Below, piece by piece: positions 57,291-64,000 of a DNA stretch of 64,000 bases. The DNA is from an uncultured delta proteobacterium. GTDB taxonomy: Bacteria > Desulfobacterota > Syntrophobacteria > BM002. The stretch's first letter is position 1, and the number at the start of each line of letters is the position of its first letter. A program made the translations under genes and the position numbers. Under the pieces are notes generated by a model. The model saw only the letters and a list, made by a program, of their open reading frames with translations. It had not been told where the DNA came from and ran no database searches. The stretch is taken from contig CAVQGX010000037.1 in NCBI GenBank assembly GCA_963712115.1, positions 55,739-119,738 of the forward strand, read 5' to 3'.

Positions 57291-58712
57291 ATGTATCGAG
57301 AGCAAGCTTTTATAATAATCAGATTACTCATATTCCTCGATGCCTTATGTGTAATTCTGGCAGGCTACGGAGCATACTATTTGCGGTCTACCGTACTAGG
57401 ATCAAGACCATGGAGCATGGATAGCAAGATCTTTGCCTTGTCATTACTTGTTATTATGATTGTCAATAACTATGCTGCCAACAAATTAGGATTATACTCA
57501 GACAAAAAACTAAAGTCATATCTAAACCTGATATGGAAAATATTGCAGTGCATTGTTTTTGACTTTATCGTTTTAGGGTGCGTCATCTTTGTAATAAAGG
57601 AAAAAGCTTACTCTAGGGCATTCACGTTGTACTTTGCATCTCTATTATTTGTGCTTCTAACTTGCTACAGGTTAGTCGTTTATAAATATGTTAATAATAA
57701 GAATGGCAATAGATTCGGAGCTAAGAATATTCTTGTAGTGGGTGTCTTGGAAAGAGCCCAAAAGGTTATTGATGCTGTCGAAAATCAAATTAGTTGGGGA
57801 ATTAACATCGTCAATCCTGTGACTATTTGTCATAAAATTCCTCTTAGTTGCCAAAATGGTACTGTTCTGTCGACTGAATTCATTCAAGAACTACCCCGCA
57901 TACTGGAAGAGGGTGAAATCGACGAAGTCATATTTGCTGTTGGCGGCGATGCATCAGTGGATTTAAAAGATTACATCAATACGGTTCGCCAGATGGGAAT
58001 CGATGCGAGGATACTGCCCTCGCTTTGGGACCTGGATTCAGACCGGGTTCAAGTCGAGCAGTTCCAGGGGATTCCTTTTCTTGCCCTACAGGTCAACAAT
58101 TTTAACGCTGCCGGGCTGTTCTACAAAAGAATTCTTGACATCGTCGGCGGTCTAGTTGGGAGTTTGATCTTCCTTGCTATGTACCCATTTGTCGCAATTG
58201 CTATAAAGCTTGACTCGCCGGGACCTGTTGTCTTTAAACAAGAAAGGATCGGCAAGAACGGCCGTGTGTTCAAGCTGCTCAAATTTCGCTCCATGTATGA
58301 AGATGCAGAAGAACGAAAAAAGGAACTCTTGGCGCAGAATCAAATGGATGGGTTCATGTTCAAGGTGGATAAAGATCCTCGAGTCACTGGAGTTGGAAGA
58401 TTCCTTCGTAAAACCTCTCTTGACGAGTTCCCGCAATTCGTAAATGTACTAAAAGGCGAAATGAGCCTGGTAGGAACCAGACCCCCCACCCCCGATGAAG
58501 TGGAACAGTACAGCTATTCGCACCGAAGACGAATCTCGGCAAAGCCTGGAATAACCGGGCTCTGGCAGATCTCCGGCCGCAACAAGATCAAAGATTTTGA
58601 AAAAGTAGTGGAGCTGGATTGCAGTTATCTCGAAAGCTGGCGGTTTTGGGATGACATCAGGATTTTGTTCAAAACCATTTTTGTGGTTTTGCGGAGAAAA
58701 GGAGCATTTTAA
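57291..58712 (+). CDS. polyprenyl-phosphate sugar phosphotransferase (WbaP/EpsB-type priming transferase)
   Basis: N-terminal TM bundle. C-terminal '[64 protein letters not shown]'. Confidence 0.9.
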   Translation: MYREQAFIIIRLLIFLDALCVILAGYGAYYLRSTVLGSRPWSMDSKIFALSLLVIMIVNNYAANKLGLYSDKKLKSYLNLIWKILQCIVFDFIVLGCVIFVIKEKAYSRAFTLYFASLLFVLLTCYRLVVYKYVNNKNGNRFGAKNILVVGVLERAQKVIDAVENQISWGINIVNPVTICHKIPLSCQNGTVLSTEFIQELPRILEEGEIDEVIFAVGGDASVDLKDYINTVRQMGIDARILPSLWDLDSDRVQVEQFQGIPFLALQVNNFNAAGLFYKRILDIVGGLVGSLIFLAMYPFVAIAIKLDSPGPVVFKQERIGKNGRVFKLLKFRSMYEDAEERKKELLAQNQMDGFMFKVDKDPRVTGVGRFLRKTSLDEFPQFVNVLKGEMSLVGTRPPTPDEVEQYSYSHRRRISAKPGITGLWQISGRNKIKDFEKVVELDCSYLESWRFWDDIRILFKTIFVVLRRKGAF

Positions 58713-58751
58713 CTAGTATCTATCCGGAAATACCTTTTTTTCTCCTCCCCC

Positions 58752-58815
58752 TTGTCGCAGATCCCGAGCTTGTCGCGGGGACGGGGGAGGATGAAGGAGG
58801 GGGTGAAAAATAGTT
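58752..58815. repeat. GC-rich imperfect palindrome (REP-like)
   Basis: CTCCCCC (58755-58761) pairs with GGGGGAG (58793-58799). TTGTCGC is duplicated inside, and GGAGGGGGTGAA follows. Confidence 0.35.
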
Positions 58816-58907
58816 GTTAATTGACAGAAATGGAGTTTCTGGCAGGAGAATAAGTATATGTTAAAAGATCAGTTTATTGGATTTCTCTTAAGTTTGGAGG
58901 TGATTGC

Positions 58908-59681
58908 GTGAAAGCAGTAATCTTAGCAGGTGGCTTTGGCACAAGATTATCTGAAGAAACGGATTTGCGCCCCAAACCAATGGTGGAAATCGGTGGCAAA
59001 CCAATGCTTTGGCACATCATGAACATTTGCGGATCTCAAGGCGTAACTGAGTTCATCATTGCCCTGGGATACAAGGGAGAAATTATAAAAGAGTATTTTC
59101 TAAACTTTTATGCTTTTAACAATGACATAACCATCGACTTGGAAACCGGTGAGACCACGATTCATGACGGCAACCAGCCAAATTGGAAGATCCATCTTGT
59201 CGACACCGGGCTGTATACCCAAACCGGGGGACGTCTCAAGCGACTTAGAAACTGGCTAGGTGAGGACGAGACGTTTATGTTTACCTACGGTGATGGTGTT
59301 GCAGATATAGATCTCAAATCGCTTTTGGCTTTTCACAAATCACATGGCAAACTCGCCACAGTTACAACCGTACGCTCGCCCGCTCGTTTTGGCAGGATTG
59401 CCTTCCAAAAAGATCAAGTTGTCGAGTTTTACGAGAAATCCGAGTCGGCCGAAGGCTGGATAAACGGAGGGTATTTTATCTTGCACCCAAAAGCCATCGA
59501 TTATATTGAAGATGACGAGACCATTTGGGAGCGAACACCTGTAGAGGAGCTTGCTCAGGATGGGCAGTTGATGGGTTATCGACATGATGGATTCTGGTCA
59601 TGCATGGATACCTTAAAAGAGAAAAGGCTTCTGGAACAACTATGGAACTCCGACAAGGCCCCCTGGAAGATTTGGGGATGA
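58908..59681 (+). CDS. rfbF: glucose-1-phosphate cytidylyltransferase
   Basis: GTG start after GGAGGTG. 'MKAVILAGGFGTRLSEETDLRPKPMVEIGGKPMLWHIM' is near-identical in pattern to Salmonella RfbF, and the C-terminal 'KAPWKIW' also matches. Confidence 0.9.
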   Translation: MKAVILAGGFGTRLSEETDLRPKPMVEIGGKPMLWHIMNICGSQGVTEFIIALGYKGEIIKEYFLNFYAFNNDITIDLETGETTIHDGNQPNWKIHLVDTGLYTQTGGRLKRLRNWLGEDETFMFTYGDGVADIDLKSLLAFHKSHGKLATVTTVRSPARFGRIAFQKDQVVEFYEKSESAEGWINGGYFILHPKAIDYIEDDETIWERTPVEELAQDGQLMGYRHDGFWSCMDTLKEKRLLEQLWNSDKAPWKIWG

Positions 59682-60763
59682 ATAGGAAATTTTGGAAAGA
59701 TAAGAAGGTACTGATTACCGGTCATACCGGGTTCAAGGGAAGCTGGTTATCGCTGTGGTTGCAGCTTGTAGAAGCTCGCGTTATTGGTTACTCGTTGCCC
59801 CCGCCGACCAAACCAAGTTTGTTCGAAACTGCCCAGGTAGATCAGAAAGTGATCTCAATTAAGGGTGATGTCCGAAACTTGGATTATCTTCAAGCTGTTA
59901 TCAGTGATAATAAACCAGAAATCATAATCCACATGGCTGCACAGGCATTAGTGCGTCGTTCCTACAATGATCCCATTGAAACATATTCCACCAATATTAT
60001 GGGCACTGTAAATGTGCTAGAAACTGTTCGGAACTCTCCGTCGGTGAGAGTGGTAATTATTGTGACTAGTGACAAATGCTATGCAAACAATGAGTGGGTT
60101 TGGGGATACAGAGAGAATGACCGCATGGGAGGGCGTGATCCTTACTCGTCTAGCAAGGCCTGTGCCGAGTTAGTTACATCTGCTTACCGAAACTCTTACT
60201 TCTCGGAGAAAAATTATGACCGACACGGCATTGCATTGGCAAGTGTAAGAGCTGGCAATGTAATCGGTGGTGGAGATTGGGCTGAAGATCGCCTCATCCC
60301 AGATATCATGAAGGCGTTTATGGAACACAGACCCGCAATCATACGCAATCCTGGTTTTGTTCGCCCATGGCAGCATGTGTTGGAGCCGCTGAACGGTTAT
60401 CTTCTGCTGGCTGAAAAGCTCTGGAAACGTGGGCAAGAGTTTGTAGGAGCCTGGAACTTCGGGCCTGATGAAGCAGATGCCAAACCAGTCTCTTTCATAG
60501 TGGAGAAGTTGACTGAACTGTGGGGTGATGGCGCATCATTTGAGCTTGTCGAATCCCGCCAATCTCACGAAGCCACTTTTCTAAAACTGGATTGCTCCAA
60601 GGCCAGAACTTCTGTTGGTTGGACGCCAAAGCTGTCCTTAAACCAGGCACTGGAGTGGATAGTCGAATGGTATAGAGGCTACCAAAATAAGGAGGACATT
60701 TGCCACATTACAGAAGGCGAGATTTTACGTTTTGAGAGTCTTCAAAACGAGGAAATAGTATGA
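59678..60763 (+). CDS. rfbG: CDP-glucose 4,6-dehydratase
   Basis: The ATG overlaps the rfbF stop (ATGA). 'FWKDKKVLITGHTGFKGSWLSLWL' and 'YSSSKACAE'. The track ORF from 59600 is an upstream extension. Confidence 0.9.
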   Translation: MNRKFWKDKKVLITGHTGFKGSWLSLWLQLVEARVIGYSLPPPTKPSLFETAQVDQKVISIKGDVRNLDYLQAVISDNKPEIIIHMAAQALVRRSYNDPIETYSTNIMGTVNVLETVRNSPSVRVVIIVTSDKCYANNEWVWGYRENDRMGGRDPYSSSKACAELVTSAYRNSYFSEKNYDRHGIALASVRAGNVIGGGDWAEDRLIPDIMKAFMEHRPAIIRNPGFVRPWQHVLEPLNGYLLLAEKLWKRGQEFVGAWNFGPDEADAKPVSFIVEKLTELWGDGASFELVESRQSHEATFLKLDCSKARTSVGWTPKLSLNQALEWIVEWYRGYQNKEDICHITEGEILRFESLQNEEIV

Positions 60764-61995
60764 ATTCCAGAAAGTGCAGGTTTTGTGGGAACGCTCTGAA
60801 ATTCACATTTGTAGATCTTGGTGTTTCCCCTTTTGCGAACTCATATCTTAAGTCTCAAGATTTGCAAAAAATGGAGCAGTTCTACCCCTTGCATGTTTTT
60901 GTCTGCGAGGTATGTTTCCTCGTTCAGCTTCCTGAGCAGCAATCTCCTGAAAAAATCTTTGGCGAGTACGCCTATTTTTCGTCTTATTCAGAGTCCTGGC
61001 TCAATCACGTAAGAAAGTATTCAAAACAAATGATTAAAAGTTTTGGATTCAATTCTAACTCCCAGGTCATCGAGATCGCCAGTAATGATGGCTATCTGCT
61101 TCAATATTTCAAGAAAGAAGGTATTCCTGTCCTGGGAATAGAGCCAGCAAGAAATGTGGCTAAGGCGGCGCAAGATCTCGGTATTAGAACCATAGTAAAA
61201 TTCTTCAACGTACAGACAGCCACTGAACTCGTTGCTGAAGATAGGTATGCCGATCTTCTAATAGGAAATAACGTCTTGGCTCACGTCCCTGATCTAAACG
61301 ATTTTGTTAGCGCTCTGAAAATTGCACTAAAACCGCAAGGCATCATTACCATGGAGTTTCCGCATCTCTTGCAGTTGATGGCGGAGAATCAGTTTGACAC
61401 GATTTACCACGAGCACTTTTCATATTTTTCCTGTATTACCGTTAACAATATCTTCGCCCACCACGGCTTAAATATTTTTGATGTGGAGGAGTTGCAAACG
61501 CACGGAGGCTCCCTGCGCATTTATGCGTGTCATGCCGAGGATACTTCGAAGCCCATCAGTCAGAATGTAGAAAATCTAATATCAGTTGAAGAAAAGAAAG
61601 GTTTCGACCAATTGGACACCTACTTATCATTCGGCGAAAAAGTGAAAGAAAGCAAGCGACATATTCTGGAGTTCTTCATCCAGGCCAAAAGAGAGAATAA
61701 GACCATTGCCGGATACGGTGCCCCAGCCAAAGGGAACACTCTTTTGAACTACTGCGGTATTAGAACCGATTTTATTGACTTTACTGTAGATTTAAGTCCC
61801 CATAAACAAGGACACTTTTTGCCGGGAACTCACATCCCAATTTATCACCCAGATAAAATAAGGGAGATCAAGCCAGACTATTTGGTCATTCTGCCCTGGA
61901 ACCTCAAAGACGAAATCATGGAACAGATGTCACATATTCGCGACTGGGGTGGTCAGTTTGTAAAGCTAATACCAGAGGTAAAAGTATATCCATGA
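60760..61995 (+). CDS. NDP-hexose C-methyltransferase family (Zn-ribbon + class I MTase + C-terminal domain, TylCIII-like)
   Basis: ATGA overlap with rfbG. 'CRFCGNAL..FVDLGVSPFANSYL..YPLHVFVCEVCFLVQL' and 'VIEIASNDG'. Confidence 0.85.
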   Translation: MNSRKCRFCGNALKFTFVDLGVSPFANSYLKSQDLQKMEQFYPLHVFVCEVCFLVQLPEQQSPEKIFGEYAYFSSYSESWLNHVRKYSKQMIKSFGFNSNSQVIEIASNDGYLLQYFKKEGIPVLGIEPARNVAKAAQDLGIRTIVKFFNVQTATELVAEDRYADLLIGNNVLAHVPDLNDFVSALKIALKPQGIITMEFPHLLQLMAENQFDTIYHEHFSYFSCITVNNIFAHHGLNIFDVEELQTHGGSLRIYACHAEDTSKPISQNVENLISVEEKKGFDQLDTYLSFGEKVKESKRHILEFFIQAKRENKTIAGYGAPAKGNTLLNYCGIRTDFIDFTVDLSPHKQGHFLPGTHIPIYHPDKIREIKPDYLVILPWNLKDEIMEQMSHIRDWGGQFVKLIPEVKVYP

Positions 61996-62522
61996 TCTTC
62001 AAAGAGACGAACCTGAAAGGGGCGTTCATCATTGAACCGGAAATGATGTCTGATGAACGCGGTTTCTTCGCTCGAACTTGGTGTGCCCGAGATTTTGAAG
62101 CTCAAGGGCTAACCCCAAATCTAGTCCAGTGCAATATTTCTTTTAATAAGCAAAAAGGCACACTGAGGGGAATGCACTACCAGGTGGTGCCACATGAAGA
62201 GGCAAAGGTGGTCCGTTGTACAATGGGAACTATCTATGACGTAATCGTCGATCTTCGGCCTAATTCACCGACTTATAAGCGATGGACATCTGTGGACATG
62301 AGTGCCAAAAACAGAAGGATGCTTTATATTCCAGAGGGCTTTGCTCACGGTTTTCTTACTATGGAGGACGATACAGAAGTCTTTTATCAGATGTCCGAAT
62401 TCTATGCCCCTGAATGCGCACGGGGTCTTAGATGGAACGACCCGGCATTTAAAATACCTTGGCCATTAGGAGTTACAGTAATTTCGGAGAAAGATGCGCG
62501 TTATCCAGATTTTGCCGAATGA
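61992..62522 (+). CDS. NDP-4-dehydro-6-deoxyhexose 3,5-epimerase family (RfbC-like cupin)
   Basis: ATGA overlap. 'LKGAFIIEPEMMSDERGFF', 'RGMHYQ' and 'YIPEGFAHGF'. Confidence 0.85.
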   Translation: MIFKETNLKGAFIIEPEMMSDERGFFARTWCARDFEAQGLTPNLVQCNISFNKQKGTLRGMHYQVVPHEEAKVVRCTMGTIYDVIVDLRPNSPTYKRWTSVDMSAKNRRMLYIPEGFAHGFLTMEDDTEVFYQMSEFYAPECARGLRWNDPAFKIPWPLGVTVISEKDARYPDFAE

Positions 62523-62546
62523 TAATTCTCGTTCTGTTCTCAAAAG

Positions 62547-63866
62547 ATGAATCTATACGATCTCAGGGATAGTATTGATAGCAATGACGTTGGCAAAGAG
62601 ATGTACGGGCTCATTGAGGAGCTATATCCTATCTGTAGAAGCATTACAGGAAATGGTGCTCGACAAAGTCTAGATATCCTCAAGAAACATGTCCCGTTAA
62701 CAATCCAAGAAATCCCCACTGGAACTCAGGTCTTCGACTGGACTGTTCCCAGAGAATGGAATGTAAAGAATGCCTGGGTCAAGAATTCTAAAGGTGACAA
62801 GGTCATTGATTTTCAGGATTCAAATTTACATGTTGTAAATTATAGTGTGCCTATAAGAAAAAAGATGACTCTAGCCGAGTTGAAGGATCATCTGCACACA
62901 ATACCTGATTATCCTGACTGGATTCCATATCGAACTTCTTATTACAAAGAGACATGGGGATTTTGTCTAAGTCACAACCAGTTTTTAAAATTAGAAGATG
63001 ACGACTATGAGGTGCTAATCGAATCATCACTCAAAGACGGGTATCTTACCTATGGCGAATATTATCTTAGTGGTAGAAATGGTGATGAGGTTTTAATATC
63101 TTGTCACATTTGTCATCCCTCACTATGTAATGATAATCTTTCAGGCATTGCTGTAAGCACATTCCTTGCAAAGTATCTCAGCCCTTTATCACTTAAGTTC
63201 TCATACAGGTTTTTGTTCATTCCCGGGACAATAGGTTCAATTACTTGGCTTTCCCTCAACGAAGCAAAAGTTTCAAAAATAAAGCATGGTTTGGTCCTTG
63301 CTGGTGTTGGTGATAGAGGAAGGTATACATACAAAAAGAGCCGACTGGGCAACGCGGAGATAGACAGGATTGTGATGAATATTTTAAAACATTCCGGAGA
63401 AGAAAATAAAGCGATTGATTTTGTCCCATATGGCTATGACGAGCGGCAGTATTGTTCGCCGGGTTTTAATCTTCCTGTTGGCTGCTTCATGAGAACACCA
63501 TACGGTGAATATCCAGAATACCATACCTCGGCAGATAATCTTAATTTTGTCCGACCTGGTCATCTTTCGGCTTCATTCTCAATACTACTCTCTATTTTGT
63601 CGGTAATTGAAAGTAATGATAGGTACCTTAGCTTGAACTCCAAATGCGAGCCTCAACTGGGAAGAAGAGGATTATATGATCATTTAGGGGGCAGAGCTGA
63701 TGGCAAGACTAGGCAACTCGCCATGCTCTGGGTATTGAACCTATCTGACGGTAACCACACGTTGCTGGATATCTCAGACCGGTCAGGTCTTAACTTCAGT
63801 CTCATCAAAAATGCTGCAGATATCCTAGCTGACAGCGGACTAATCAGTGTAATGGATAAGAGATAA
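62547..63866 (+). CDS. aminopeptidase-like (M28-like) DUF2172/DUF4910-type protein common in glycan clusters
   Basis: 'ELYPICRSITGNGARQSLDILKKHVPL..IPTGTQVFDWTVPREW' matches my memory of this family. Its function is unknown. Confidence 0.7.
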   Translation: MNLYDLRDSIDSNDVGKEMYGLIEELYPICRSITGNGARQSLDILKKHVPLTIQEIPTGTQVFDWTVPREWNVKNAWVKNSKGDKVIDFQDSNLHVVNYSVPIRKKMTLAELKDHLHTIPDYPDWIPYRTSYYKETWGFCLSHNQFLKLEDDDYEVLIESSLKDGYLTYGEYYLSGRNGDEVLISCHICHPSLCNDNLSGIAVSTFLAKYLSPLSLKFSYRFLFIPGTIGSITWLSLNEAKVSKIKHGLVLAGVGDRGRYTYKKSRLGNAEIDRIVMNILKHSGEENKAIDFVPYGYDERQYCSPGFNLPVGCFMRTPYGEYPEYHTSADNLNFVRPGHLSASFSILLSILSVIESNDRYLSLNSKCEPQLGRRGLYDHLGGRADGKTRQLAMLWVLNLSDGNHTLLDISDRSGLNFSLIKNAADILADSGLISVMDKR

Positions 63867-63875
63867 TCTAACACT

Positions 63876-64000
63876 ATGACTGAGAAGGGCAAACACAATA
63901 TGACGGGTTTCCCACTAGCAGGTCGAAGGATACTTGTTACTGGTGCGAGTGGCTTTATCGGCTCTCGCCTGTGCCGTCGGCTTCTTCAGATAGGTGCCGC
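63876..64000 (+). CDS. NAD-dependent epimerase/dehydratase, 5' fragment (cut by the window edge)
   Basis: 'RILVTGASGFIGSRLCRRL' Rossmann GxxGxxG motif. The ORF runs off the right edge, and an alternative ATG lies at 63899. Confidence 0.6.
   Translation, partial: MTEKGKHNMTGFPLAGRRILVTGASGFIGSRLCRRLLQIGA

Overview
This 64-kb chromosomal window is gene-dense, with about 60 credible CDS, and roughly 50% GC by eye. I found no rRNA, tRNA, CRISPR array, transposase, integrase or recognisable defence genes. The gene content suggests an anaerobic Gram-negative organism, possibly Desulfobacterota/deltaproteobacterial, but that is inference only.

Left to right the window contains:
- a 5'-truncated HerA-like ATPase, a Tat-signal aldo/keto reductase and a CaCA antiporter;
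- cytochrome bd oxidase cydAB, plus a 39-codon ORF missing from the ORF track;
- an AsmA-family gene broken by one frameshift;
- a B12-binding radical SAM enzyme and a histidine kinase/response regulator pair;
- a cold-shock module (infA, csp, S21-like);
- glutaryl-CoA dehydrogenase with a family III CoA-transferase, a cupin and a flavin reductase;
- a liv-type ABC transporter;
- a D-malate/tartrate dehydrogenase with a methyltransferase, and a QueG-like Fe-S protein;
- an SLC12-like transporter, a second csp, a CysZ/EI24-like protein, a PAS kinase and an SPFH protein;
- ZapA, then two mreB paralogues around a YgiM-like SH3 protein;
- a CBM48 mini-protein and a PilZ protein;
- a 1.9-kb ORF-free, AT-rich, repeat-rich island;
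- from 46.8 kb, a PEP-CTERM/exosortase-type exopolysaccharide (EPS) locus: EpsA-like LuxR regulator, 471-aa orphan, Wza-like exporter, beta-barrel, chain-length determinant, tyrosine kinase, ExeA-like ATPase, Sat-like/APS-kinase fusion and priming sugar transferase;
- a CDP-hexose modification cluster.

I did not find a clear-cut novel protein-coding system. The most unusual signals are non-coding or structural:
1. A ~240-nt element with nested inverted repeats, present twice (family A).
2. A ~110-nt dispersed element present four times, always beside a terminator hairpin (family B).
3. Long hairpins whose arms are built from 7-nt units, two of which share a 15-nt box.
4. The ORF-free island.
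5. A striking concentration of frameshifts in the EPS locus.

All homology statements come from motif recognition by eye. No database search was run.
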